From Scenedesmus sp. PABB004 (lineage: Eukaryota): 64,000 bases of DNA. The notes under the pieces were generated by a model. That model was not told the origin of the DNA. It made no database searches and saw only the letters and a list, made by a program, of their open reading frames with translations. The position numbers and the translations under genes are program-made. Below, piece by piece: positions 10,441 through 27,100 of the stretch; position 1 is the stretch's first letter, and each line of letters begins with the position of its first letter. Location of the stretch: contig JABVCE010000020.1 of NCBI GenBank assembly GCA_014905635.1, forward strand, positions 62,001 through 126,000, written 5' to 3'.

Positions 10441-13400
10441 TCACACCGCCGCCGCCGGCGCCGGCTCGGCGCCGCTGCCGGGCGCGGCGGCGGGCGCGGC
10501 GGCGGGCTTGGGCTCGGCCAGCTGCAGGCCCGGCGCCGCCGCGCAGCCGGCGGGCTGCCCGGCGCCCAGTGCGGCGTCGCGGTGAGCGCGCGCATGCCGG
10601 GGAGGCGCATGAGCACGCCGCTCACGCCCGGCCCCTCCACGCCGGCCGCGCGCAGCGCCGCGGCCGCGCCGTCGGTGAGCAGCATCGCGCCCGCGCTGCC
10701 GACGAGCGCGGCGGCAAAGGCGCGCCAGTCGTAGGCGTTGTCGTACCATGCCCAGCGCGCGCCGACGGAGAAGCTCCCCGCCGCGTCGCCGGGGGTCCAG
10801 TTGATGCCGACGCCGGCGCCCGTGAGCGCGAGCACGCCTCCGGCCACGCCCGCGACAAAGCCGGTCTCCCCAAAGTGGCGCCGCGCGGGCGGGATGAGGC
10901 CGACCACGAGCGGCACGATCGCGCAGCACGCGAGCAGGTTGCCCACCTGGCGGGCGGACAGAGAGGGGGGAGGGGGAGGGGTGCGTGTGTGGGTGCGTGT
11001 GAGCGGTGGGGGCGGGGGCAGGGCGGGCGCGCAGCGACGCCCATGGGGCGGGCCGCGCGCCCTGGGCCCCGCCGCGGCCCACACGGTGTGCTGCTTGCTG
11101 TGTGCTGTGCTGTGTGCTGCGCGCCGCCTCACCAGGAAGAGCGAGAGCACCTCGAAGCCGCGCGTGGCGATGACGAGGAGGGGCACGTTCAGCACGACGA
11201 CCGCGATGCTGCACAGCGTGGCGCGGGGCGGGGCGGGCGGGCGGGCGGGGCGGGCGTGTGGGTGTGAGTGTGGGTGTGTGTGAGGGGTGGGGACGAGGGG
11301 GAGAGGTGATGGTCTCCCCTGTCTCGCTCGCTCGCTCTCTCCCGCTCTCCCCTGTCTCGCTCGCTCTCTCCCGCTCTCCCCCTCTCGCTGTCCCCCTCTC
11401 AAACGCGAAAGTGAGAGGAAGAGCGAGAGAGAGAGAGAGGGAGAGGGGGAGGGAGACAGGGCGAGAGGGAGAGCGAGAGGGACGGCGAGGGAGAGGGGGA
11501 GCGGGCGCGCGTGCCGCCGCGCGCGCCGCCGCGCCGTGGTCCGCCGCCGCCGCGGTGCCGCACCGCGTCCAGAGCAGGGGCCGCGCCTTGAGGTACTGCC
11601 CGCTCAGCCCCGCGGCCAGGCCGTTCTGCAGGCTGTCCACCGCGCCCTCGTTCATCACGACCGCCAGCAGCACCACCACCACGCCCACCCAGCTCTCAAC
11701 CAGGCCGCTGCCGCCGCGCGGGCCCAGGATCTGACCCGCGGCGGGTGGCGGGGGGTGGGCGGTGTGGGCGGTGGTGGGCGGTGGGCGCGTCACGTGCGCG
11801 CTCCCGCGGCTCCGCCCCTCCTCCCGTCGCCCCTCCGCGCCTCCCCCACGCAGGCCCTCCCTCAAACCCCGCTTTCCTAAAACTCCACCCTCAACCCTCA
11901 CCACCGGCCACCCCCTAAATCGCCCCCACCTGCATGAGGTAGAGGTTTGGGTTTGTCCCCGGGCCCACGTAGCCGCCCGCGAGCGCGAGCCAGCCGCCAA
12001 AGCCCGACAGGAAGATAAGGACCACGATCGCGCAAAACCCGATGCCCCCGCCGCCGAGCAGCGCGCGCCGGTCCGCGCTCGCCCACACGCGCTGCCAGAA
12101 GGCCTCGTTGAGCATGGTGGACGCGATGAGGGAGGCGGGGAGCGTGAAGATGCTGAGGTAGCCCTCACGGTTGGGGCCGAGCTCCGCCGGCAGCGGCGAC
12201 GGCAGCCGCGCCCTGCGACGCGCGGGCGGCGGCGGCGGCGCGCGGGCGGCGGCGGCGGCGGGTGAGCGGGGCGCGCGCGCGCGCGCGCGCGCGTGCGCGG
12301 CGTGCGGCGGCGCCTCCCGCGCGCCCGCAGCCCCAGCCGCCGCCGCCAGGCCCCCCCGCGCGGCAGACGCCGCGGCGTCGCGTCGCGCCTGTACGTGGCA
12401 GCCACGTATGCGACCATGACCGCCGCCAGCAGCGCCGACGCGATGCCCTGCGCCTGCGCGGCACGCACGCACGCACGCGCGCGGCGGGGCGGTGGGGTGT
12501 GGGTGTGGGGGTGTGTGTGTGTGTGTGGGTGGGTGGGTGGGTGGGGGAAGGGGGGGGGGGGGGGCTTGAGACGGGCGTGTGGGCCGTCCTCCCTCCCTCC
12601 CCTGACCTCCCGCCCGTGCCTCGCCCCGCCCCGCCCACCCCCCCCTCCGTCCCCTCCCGTCCCCCCCCCCCCCCCCCCGCCGCCTGCGCGCGCATGTTGC
12701 CGCCCGCGCGCTGCGCGCGCCTGGTCTGTCGCGATTGACACGGCGAGGCCCCCGTAGGCGGTGTATGTGAGCGTGAGGGCGCCGATGAGCAGCGTGATGC
12801 CCCAGGCCACGCTGCCCACGTACTCGGCAAAGAGCGACCCGATGGTCGTGTACTCGGCAAGCACAAAGATGCACCTGGGCGAGGCCAAGGGGGGTGAGGG
12901 GTGCGTGAGGGGGTGTGAGGGGGTGTGAGGGGGTGTGGGTGTTGAGAGGGGGGTGAGGGTGTGTGAGGGTGTGTGTGTGCGTGTGTGTGTGTGTGAGGGT
13001 GTGTGAGGGTGTGCGTGTGCGTGTGTGTCAGCGCGCGCGTGTGTGTGAGCGCAGCACGTGGCCCCACCCTAAACCCTGCGCCCCTCAGCCCCCCAAAACC
13101 CCGCACATGATGAAGGTGGTGATGAGGAAGACGACCGTCTTGGCGATCGGGCCGTACCGCCAGCCAACAAAGTCAGACTGGCGGGGTGAGGGGTGAGGGC
13201 GGCGGGGGTTGTAAGCGGCGGGGGGAGCAGGGGGGAGCGGCGGAGTGAAAAGGAGTCGGTCCCGGGGAGGCAACGCAGCAGCGAGGTGGCGGGTGCGGCG
13301 GGTGCGGGTGCGGCGTGTCGCACCAGGCTGAACACGTGGGGCATGTCTGCGGCCATGCGGCCGCCAAAGCCGGCGATCATGAGGATGGGCAGCCCGCAGG

Positions 13401-14285
13401 AGAGCGCGTAGATGGCCACGCCCACGATGCCCGCAAACGAGGCGTACTGCGGTGGTGTGAGTGTGCGTGTGTGGTGCGTGTGGGTGTGTGGGTGGGGGTG
13501 TGTGGGTGGGGGTGTTGGGGGCCAGGATCAGGTGGCCGGGCGGGCGGCGAGGGCTGGGGGGCCCGCAGCAGGGCGCCCAGCCCGCGGCGGCAGCACGCCC
13601 CCCCCCCCCCCCCCCCGCGCCGCGCGCCGCGCGCGCCTGCGAGGGCGTGACAATGGCCCAGGAGCCGACCGCGCCGGCATAGAAGGACCAGCCGATGCGC
13701 CACATGGACTGCGTTGACCTGGGGCCGGGGTCAGCAGGGGGCGGCGGGTCGGCGGCGGCAGGGGGTCGGCGGCGGCGGCGGGGGTCGGCCGAGGCGCTGG
13801 CCGCTGGCTGCCACCTGGCCGCGCCTGCCGGTCGCGCGCCCTGCTGCGGACTCAAATGCCAATGGCCGCGCGCCCGCGCCCTGCTGCCCTGCTGCCCTCG
13901 CCCCCCCCCCCCCCCCCCTCCTTTGCGCCCTGCTGCTGCCTGCCGCCGCCCTCCTCACCGCGCTGTGACAAAGTCTTCGGTGTCCTTGTTCGCCGCGCGC
14001 CGGTGGGACCACCACCAGCCGTACGCCAGCGCGTAGGCCGCGAACGACACCGCCACAAAGCTGCCCAGCACGTAGCACAGCACCTGGCCGGGCGCGCGGG
14101 CGGCGCGCGGGCACGGCGCGGGCGGCGGCGCGGGCGCGCGCGCAGCAGCGGCGGCGGCGGCGGGCGGGATCTGGGAGCGCAGCGCGGAGAGGGGTGCCGG
14201 CCCTGCTGAGGCGCCCGCGCGGCGGCGGCCGCGGCAGCAGCGGCAGCGGCCGGCGCACCACGTAGTCGTGCTGCTGGAGCGCCAT
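10441..14285 (-). CDS. Sodium:solute symporter (SSS) family transporter, DUR3/DUR31-like
   Basis: Spliced hydrophobic exons: DTEDFVTAR, SMWRIGWSFYAGAVGSWAI, SDFVGWRYG, YTAYGGLAVSIATDQAQG, NEAFWQRVWAS, AVDSLQNGL. The stop is at 10441 if one base is restored at ~10560; otherwise the frame runs to 10104. Confidence 0.8.
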
Positions 14286-14579
14286 CTCGGCTCTCTGTGC
14301 CGCGGGACGACCTCCTCCCGCCAATGAGCGGCGCGCGTAGCCGCGAGCGAGCCGGGGCGCGGCGTGCGGCAGGAGTGCGGCTGCTGCTCAGGCGGTGTGG
14401 ACGCGGGGGCGCGCGGCCGGGCGCGCGCGCGGTGTGCGCGGCGATCGCGGAGGGCGGAACTTTTGAGCCAGGCCCGGCTGCGGCGCCGCCGCGCGGCAGG
14501 GCTCTCCGGCGCTGCGCCGCCGCGCGCGGTCGCAGCTCCCGGAGCCGGACCGGGAGCAACTCGTTTGCCCCTCCCTGCC

Positions 14580-18658
<4,079 letters not shown>

Positions 18659-19153
18659 CGCTGGTGCTGCTGCCGATGCCGCGGCGGCGGCGCGTTGCAG
18701 CGGCTGCGGCGGGCGGCCTGCGGGCTGTCGCTGTTGCAGCGGGCTGCGGCGCCGCCGCCGCTTGCGGCAACCGCGCGCGGCGGCCCCGAGCGCGCGCTGA
18801 ACCCCGCGGCTCGCTCAGCGGCGCGCGTTCTTTACCACGCCGCCGCCGGCGTCAAGAAGAGAGATAGATTTCACCACAGCACACACCACCGAGCAGAGTA
18901 GCAGGAAAGGGGCGCGGTGCGCGGCGCCGCGCGCGCCGGCGCTGCACGCAGAGGCGTGAGGCGTGTGTGTCGGGGAGCCATTCGGGGGCGCAGGTCGTCA
19001 GCGTTCAGCGGCCCCCGCGCGGCAGCAGCACAAAATCGCGTCAAAAGCTTCGCGGCAGTACTAAGCTAGTGGTACATCAGCCCCAGAGAGTGTTGCCCCA
19101 CCCCCAGTCCCCTCCCTGCCTGGCCGCGCAGGCGCGGGGGGCGCGCGACCCCC

Positions 19154-19943
19154 TCACTGGGGCCCCGGCACGGCGACGGCGGCCATGCTCCCCGAGTCGG
19201 GGATGCGCGGCTGCCAGCGGGCGGGGAAGTTGACGCCGTCGCCGACCTGCGGCCGCGACGGCACGCCGATGGGCCGCACGACGCTGATCTCGCCGTCCTT
19301 GATCTGCGCGCCGCGCGCGGCGGCGAGCGGGGCGTGCGGCCGTCAGCGGAGGCGCGCGCGACGCGCGCGACGGCGGCGCCTCGGCGCGCGGGCGTCGTGC
19401 GCGCGCGGCGGCCGGCGGGGCGCGCGGGCGCGACAAGCAGCCAGGGCTCTCACGTGGGCGAAGGTGATGAGGGGCTTGTTGGTGTCGTAGTAGTGGCGCG
19501 CCTTCTGCTCGTAGCGCGGGTTGGACGCCAGGTTGTCGCCAAAGTTGCGGGCCCGGCCGTCGAGCCTGCGTTGAAAAGCAGGACCGGCGCGCGGGGCAGC
19601 GCGTGGGCGGGGCGGCCGGGGGCGGCGGGCGCGGGGCGGGGCGCCCGGAATCCGCGAGCGCGCGGGCATGCGGCGGCCTTTCCGCGCGCGCGGGCACTCA
19701 CGCAATGTCAGCGGCGCTCGTGAGGTGCTTGATGGGCGTGTACGCGGCCAGCCCGCACGCGACGGCCTGCGGGAGGCGGCGGGCGGCGGAGCTTGAGCGC
19801 TGCTGCTCAAGCGACGGGGGCGCCGGCGCCGCGCGAGGGGCTGCGGCATGCGGACGCCTGCTCACCAGGCAGCCGTAGAGCGGGAAGTTCTCGACCAGGC
19901 CGAAGAAGCGCATGAACAGCGACGGGTTGCCGACGGGCGACAT
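19154..19943 (-). CDS. B12D/NDUFA4 (MLRQ)-like small mitochondrial membrane protein
   Basis: Four exons: MSPVGNPSLFMRFFGLVENFPLYGCL | AVACGLAAYTPIKHLTSAADI... | RLDGRARNFGDNLASNPRYEQKARHYYD... | IKDGEISVV...PGPQ*. The E-x-F-P-L start, TM helix and following loop resemble B12D/NDUFA4. Confidence 0.55.
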
Positions 19944-21157
19944 TTTTGCTCGGGCTGGCGGGCTGGCGACGAGCGTTGGCGGCTGCTGGGGAGCGAGGAG
20001 AGAGGTGCGTGTGGGCTGCGGGCGACGAGAGTGGCGGGGCGGCGCAGCGGGGCGGCTTTTGAGCGCGCGGGCGCCGGAACATCGCGACACGTAGCTGACA
20101 CTGTTGCACACGTGCTTTCGCCGCAGCGGGCGAAATTGGTCTCGTTATGCTCGGCGAGTCACGCAGAGCAGCCCTGGAGCAGCACGGGCTGATTTCGCCG
20201 GGTGGCGGGCCGAGCGGGCCCCGGGACCGCCTGGCGCGCTGCACGGCGCCCGCGGGACGCTTTCGGTGGTCGCGATCAAGGGACTTCGCTGTCGCGCCAG
20301 GCGGCGGCGGCCTCATGCGCCGGCACACCGCGGCGCGCGCGGCGCCGCTGCTGCGCACCGTGCCCCCCCCCCCCGCAGCGCACCACGCAGCGGAGCGGGC
20401 GGCAGAGCTCCTGCATGCCCGCTGCTGCCCTGGAGGCACTTTACACGCACACATCTTGACCAGGGCGCGCAGGCACCGGCGGCGGCGGCAGCGGTGGCAG
20501 CGGCGGCAGCGGCAGCGCCGCGCCGCCGCGAGACGCAGCGACGCCCGCCGTGCCCGAGCCTTTGCACCACCTGCACAGCCGCTCGGGGCCGCGCCCTGGG
20601 CCATTGCCGAGCTTCCAGGAGAAAACGCCCACCGAGCTCACACCTGTCAGTTCGCGCGGCCGCCCCGCTCCTCGTGCGCCTCCCCAGCGATCGGCCCGCT
20701 CAGTGCGCTGCTCGCAGCGCTGCCGTCCGCTGCATTTCGGTGCGCAATTAGGGTGTGCGCCGCGCGCTCAGGGTCGGGGCGCTGCCGCCCGGCCGCGGGG
20801 CGCGCGCGCGGCCGCCGGGTCGATCCCAGACCGGCGTGTGCCGCCCCTCGACGCGCGGCCAGGGCCAGGCACTCACACCACCGGCTTGGGCTCTCTGCTA
20901 CGCCCCCGCCCGCCCCGCCGCAGGCGGACGCCCCAGGCGCCTGGAGGAGTTCCCCACCCCAGTGCGCGTGCGTGGGGCGGGCGGCGAGGGCTCGAGCGCG
21001 GCCGCGCAGCGCGCGGCGCTGCCGCCGCTGCTGCACCCGCCGCCGATCGGCTGGGCCCCCCGCTGATTGGCGCCCGCGCCCGCGCAGGCTCGTCCGGCAC
21101 CGGAGGCGTCGCGCAAGCGCGCGCCGGCGAGAGCGAGCGAGCGAGCGAGCAGCCACG

Positions 21158-24100
21158 ATGGGTGCGTGGCGCCGGGCGCCGGGCGCGCGGCGCGGCGCGG
21201 CGCAGCGCGCGCCCCCGGCTCGCTGCCGACCCGGCCCCGCCCCGCCTCCGCGCCGCGCCGCGCAGCCGAGAAGAAGCCGGCGGCGCCGGGCGCGGGCGCG
21301 GGGGACGCGCCCGCGGCGGAGGTGGAGGTTGACTTTGCCAAGATCAGCGTGAAGGAGGCGCTCAGCCTGCTCGACGTGAGAGGGGGGCGAGGGGGGCGCG
21401 CGGCGGCGTGCGGGGACGACGGAGCCGGCGGGGAGGGGACGCGGCAGCGCGGGGCCCTTCGCTGCCGACGCGCCGCGCGCGCGCGCCGCGCCGCAGGCGA
21501 CGCCGGCGGGCCTGACCGACGCCGAGGCGGCGGCGCGGCGCGAGAAGTTTGGCCCCAACAAGCTGCCCGACTGCACTGTCAACCCGTTGCTGCGGTGCGC
21601 CACGGCCCGCGCGCCCGCGCCGCGCACGCACGCCCCGCGCGCCCCGCGTCCTGGGTTGCTGCCCGCTGGGAGCCCCTCTCACCCCCCCCTTCCCCCATGC
21701 GCGCAGCTTCCTGGGGTACCTGTGGAACCCGCTGTCCTGGGCGATGGAGGTCGCGGCGGTGCTGGCCATCATTCTGCTCGACTACGCCGACTTTGCGCTC
21801 GTGAGGATGCAATGGAGGGGGGCTCTGTGTTGTGGGGCGGGCGAGGGGGGCGCAATGGCGGGACTAGGGCTTTTTGGCACGGCCGGCGGTTGGCCCGTCA
21901 GTTAGGGTTTTGGCGGCCGCGCGCGGCCGGCCGAGGGGGCCGCGCCGCGCCGCGCCGCAGATTGTGGCGCTGCTGCTGCTCAACGCGACGATCAGCTTTG
22001 TGGAGGAGTCCAACGCCGACAAGGCGATCAAGGCCCTCGCGGGCGCGCTCGCGCCAAAGTGCAAGGCGCGGCGCCGCGCGCGCGCTGCGGCCCGCGCCCC
22101 CGCAGCGCCGCCTTGCGCCCGCTCCCGCGGCCGCCGCCCCTGGCAGCCCTCAACTCTAAACCCTGCAAACCCCGTAACCCTGCGCGCAGGCGCTGCGCGA
22201 CGGGACGCTGCGCACGATGGACGCGGTCGAGATTGTCCCGGGGGACGTGCTCATGGTGCGCCTGGGCGACGTGGTGCCCGCCGACATCAAGATCCTGGGC
22301 GAGGAAGGCGAGGACGAGGAGGCGCCGATGCAGGTGGGGCGCGGGGGAGGGGGCGGTGACGTGCTGGGGGTGTGGGCGCGGCGCGGGCGTGGGTGTGTGG
22401 GTGTGGTGGTGGTCGGTGGGTGAGGGATTGAGGTGGGGGGCGGGTGGCGTGGGCGGCGGCGGGGCGCAGGCTGCGCAGGCGCAGGCGGCTCGCGAGCGCC
22501 GCCCGCGCCGCGTCTGTCGGCGGCCGCAGATCGACCAGGCCGCGCTGACGGGGGAGAGCCTGCCCGTCAAAAAGGTGACCGGCGACGTCGCGTTCAGCGG
22601 CAGCGCCGTCAAGCAGGGCGAGCGCCACGCCGTCGTCTACGCCACGGGTGGGCCGGCGGGCGCGGGGCGGCGGCCGCGCGCGGCTGCGCGCGGCTGCGGA
22701 GGGGGCCCGCGGGGGGCCTGGCGGCCGGCCGCGGCGCGCGCCGGCCGCGCGCGGCGCGCTGACGCTGCCGCCGCTGCCGCCGCCGCGCGGCCGCTGCGCG
22801 TGCCGCCCAGGCGTCAACACGTTCTTTGGCCGCGCCGCCGCCCTCATCGGCTCGACAAACAACGTCGCAAACATCCAGAAGGCGCGTCGCCGCGCGGCCC
22901 CGCGCAGCCGCGCCGCCGCGCGCGGCGAGGGCCCCGCCAGCCGCGCGCCGCCTGGTGCGTCCCTAAACCCTAAACCACCCCCGCCCGGCGCCGGCCCGCC
23001 CTAAACCCTAAACCCCGCCAGGTCATGACCAAGATCGGCGCGATGTGCCTCGTGACCATCGGGCTGTGGGTCGTGGTCGAGCTGGCGGTCATGTTTGGCG
23101 CGTGGCGCCACGGCTGCCGCCTCGGCTCGGGTGCGCGCCGCCGCGCCGCCGCGCTGCCGCCGGGCGCCGCCGCCTCGCCAGCGCGCCGCCGGCCCGCCCG
23201 CGTGCGCGCGCACCGGCCCTCGACGCCCTAAAACCTAAACCCTGCCGCCAGGCCTGTGCCCCGCGCTGGCCAACCTGCTGGTCATCATCGTCGGCGGCAT
23301 CCCCATCGTGAGCGGCAGCAGACCGCGCACCGCCGCGCACCCCCGCGGGGCACGCCCCTCCCCTCCCCTTCCTGGGGCCGCTCACTCTGACCCCCCCCCC
23401 CACACACACACACCCGCCCACCCTCACAAACCCACACCCTCAACCCCGCGCCCCGCCCCCGCCGCCAGGCGATGCCGACCGTGCTGAGCGTCACGCTCGC
23501 GCTCGGCGCGGCGCAGCTCGCGAGCCACGGCGCGATCGTGGCGCGCATGAGCGCGGTGGAGGAGATGGCGGGCATGGACGTGCTCTGCAGGTGGGCGGGT
23601 GTGGGTGTGTGTGTGTGTGTGTGGGTGGGTGGGTGGGTGGGTGGGTGTGGGTGGGTGGGTGGGTGGGTGTGTGTGTATATGTGGGGGGGGGGGGGGAGAA
23701 GGGGCACGCGCGGCGGCAGCACGCGGCGGGCACGCGCGGGGTTTGGGCAGGGTTCTAAGCAAGCCCACGGGGGGCCCGGGGTTGAGGGGGAGACCCCTCC
23801 CGCATCATCGCGCCGCCCCCGGGCCGGTCAGCCCGCGGCGCCGCCCCCCGCCCCGCGCCCTGACCCGTGCCCCTGCCCCGCCGCCCCAACCGCGCTGCCC
23901 CGCCGCCGCCGCCCCGCCCCGCCGCGCAGCGACAAGACCGGCACCCTCACGCTGAACAAGCTCAGCGTGGACACCACCGCGGCGCAGCCCAGCGAGGGTG
24001 CGACGCGCGCGCCGCGCCGCGCCGCGCCGCTGTCCTCTCCCTCTCCCCCTTTCCCTCTCCCTCCCTCCCTCTCCCTCTGTCCTGTCTCCCTCTGCACCCC

Positions 24101-27100
24101 CCCCCCCCCCCTCCCCTGCACACCCCCTCCCCGCTCCCTCGCCCGCCCGCCCCCCGACGCCACCCTCCTAAACCCTGCCCGCCGCCCACCCCCCCTAAAC
24201 CCCAGGCCTGGACGTCCCCGGCCTGGTCAAGTACGCCGCGCTGTCTGCCAACATTGTCGGCGAGGAGGCGATTGACGTGGTGCTGCACAACACATACCCG
24301 GACGCGGCACACCTCTGGGTGGAGGAGGGTGCGGCGCAGCGCGCTGGCGGGGGCGCTGGCCGGGGCGCTGGCCGGCGCGCAGGCCGGGGCACGCCTTGGG
24401 CGCTGGCCGCCGCCACTGCTGGTGCACACGCGCCCCCACGCTCACTCACGCCCACTCATGCATCCCCCCCCCACACACACACCCACGCCAGGCTCCAAGG
24501 CCACCACCGGCTACCGCCGCCTCAAGTTCATCCCATTCAGTGAGCGCCGCCGCAGCCAGCTCAGGGTTTAGGGCTGCCGCTGCTGCTGCCCCAGGGGGCC
24601 GCTGCTGCTGCCACAGGGGGCCGCCGCCCGCGCCCGCGCCGCGCCGCGCCCGCGGCGCCGCCGCCGCGCTCGCGTCGCCCGCAGCGCCGGGGCGGCTCCC
24701 CCAGTCAGCCCCTAAACCCTAAACGCCCCCCTAAACCCCGCCGCGCCCAGACCCTGTGGACAAGTTCACCATGGCGGTCGTTGAGGACGTGGCGACCGGC
24801 CGCGTGCTGCGCCTCATGAAGGGCGCGCCCCAGGTGCGGGGGTTTAGGGGGCCAGGGGGGGGCAGGGTTTAGGGTGGGGTCACGGGTCTAGGGTTTTGCG
24901 CGCGCCCCAGGGAGGGGGGTTGGGGCACAGCCTTGGGGGGCTGAGGGGAGGGCCGCGCCGCCGGCGGGCGCGCGCGGCGGGCGCCGGCGGCCAGCGGCGC
25001 CGCCGGCAGGGGCGGGGGCGCGCCGCGCGCGCCGGGCCGCGCCGCGCGGCGCGCCCCGCCCCTGCCGCGGCGCCGCCGCCGCCGCCCTGGCGCCGTCCTC
25101 CCGCCCTCCACCCTCTCCCCCGCACGCCGACACATACGCGCCTGACCCCTCTCGCTCCCTCCGCCCCTCGCTCCCTCCGCCCTGCCCCCTAAACCCCATC
25201 AACCCCTGCCGCCCCCTAAACCCCAGGTCGTGCTGCAGCGCGCGCACAACTACGCCGACATCAGCGCCAAGGTGGAGCAGCAGATCATTGACTACGCGGC
25301 CCGCGGCTACAGGTGGGGTTTAGTAGGGGGGCGCAAGGGGGCGCTAAACCCTGCGCAGGGTTTAGGGGGCGCAGGGTTGAGGGGGCGCAGCGCGGGGGGT
25401 GGTGGGTCGCTGGACGGAGCGCTCAGCCCCGCCGCCCGCCGCCGCCCTAACCCAACGGAACCCGCCCTGTGCCGCCGCACGCCCCGCCCCCCGTGACCCC
25501 CCGAACCCCCGCCTGGCAGGGCGCTGGGGCTTTGGCCTCGCCGACGGCCCCGGCGCGCCCGACGCGCCCGGCACGCAATGGGAGTTCCTGGGCCTGCTGC
25601 CCCTCTTTGACCCGCCACGGTGCGACGCCCGCGCCCGCGCCCGGCAGCCCAGCGCGCGCCCCCCACGCGCCGCCACATGCCGCGCTCGCGCCCGCGTGCC
25701 CGCGCGCCGCGCCGCGCCCGCCGCCGACCCGCCGCCGACCCGCGCCCGCCGACCCGCGCCCGCCGACCCGCCCCCGCCGCGCCCCGCCCGCCACGTGCCC
25801 CGCCTGCCCCCTGACGCCGCCAGGCACGACACGGCGTCGACCATCGAGCGCTGCCAGGAGCAGGGCATCGCCGTCAAGATGGTTACCGGCGACCAGGCGC
25901 GTGCCCCGTGACGCAGCAGCGCCCGCGCGGGGCAGCAGCGCCCGCGCGGGGCAGCAGCGGCGCGGGGTCTCCGGGCGGCCGGCTGCGGCCGGCCGCTGCA
26001 AAGCCGCCGCACTCAAGGCGCCCCGAGCGCGCGCCGCGCCGTGCGCCGCGTCGCGAGCCCTCCCTGAGCCCCCCGCCCCTGCCGCCGCGCCGCTCTCCCC
26101 TCGCCGCCGCCGCCGCCGCGCGTGCCGCCGCCGCCGCGCGCGCCCGCAGGCGCTGATCGGGCGCGAGACCGCGCGCCAGCTGGGCATGGGGACCAACATT
26201 CACAAGATTGACGTCCTGCTCAAGGCGCGGGCGCTGACTGTTATGAGCGTTCGATTGTCACTTTTTGTTGTTGTCACTTTTGTTGTCATTTTTCCGTGGC
26301 ACGCGTTTGACAGCGCCTCCTCCAGCCGCCGCCGACGCGCGCCCGCACGCGCGCCCCGCGCGCCCGCCGGCGCGCCGCGGACCCCCCCCCCCCCCGCGCG
26401 CAGGCCAAGTCTGGCGGCGGCCTGGTGGAGGGCCACGCGGGCGTGGACGAGCTGGTGGAGGCGGCGGACGGCTTTGCCGAGGTCTTCCCCGAGCACAAGT
26501 ACGAGATCGTGGCCCTGCTGCAGGTGCGGCCCCAGGGTTTAGGCCGGGGCGCGGCGGGGTTAAGGGCGCAGAGGGGCTGCGCGGGCGCGCGGCGGTGCGG
26601 CGGGGGCGGTGGCGGGAGCGGCAGGGGCACGAGGGAGGGAGGGAGGCGCGCGCCGCCGAGCGCGCCGCGCGCGCCCTCGCTCGCCCAGACCCCGCCGCGC
26701 GCCGCGCCCCTCTAAACCCTACACCTCAAACCCCCTAAACCACCCCCTAAACCACCCCCCCCCTGCACAGGGCATGAACCACATGGTCGGCATGACGGGG
26801 GACGGCGTGAACGACGCGCCCGCGCTCAAGCGCGCCGACGTCGGTGCGCAGCCCACGCAGCCCCCGCGCCGCCCGCTGCCCGCGCCGCGCGCGGCTCGCG
26901 CGGGGCTCGCGCGGGCGGGCGGCAGCGGGCGCGCCGCGCCACCGACCGCCGCGCCGCCGCCGCCGCGCCCCGCGCGCCGCGCAGGCATCGCGGTGCACGG
27001 CGCGACCGAGGCGGCGCGCGGCGCGGCCGACATCGTGCTGGTGCGCTGCCGCCCGCGCGCGCCTCTCAGCCCCCGCTCTCCGCCCCGCGCGCGCGCCCTC

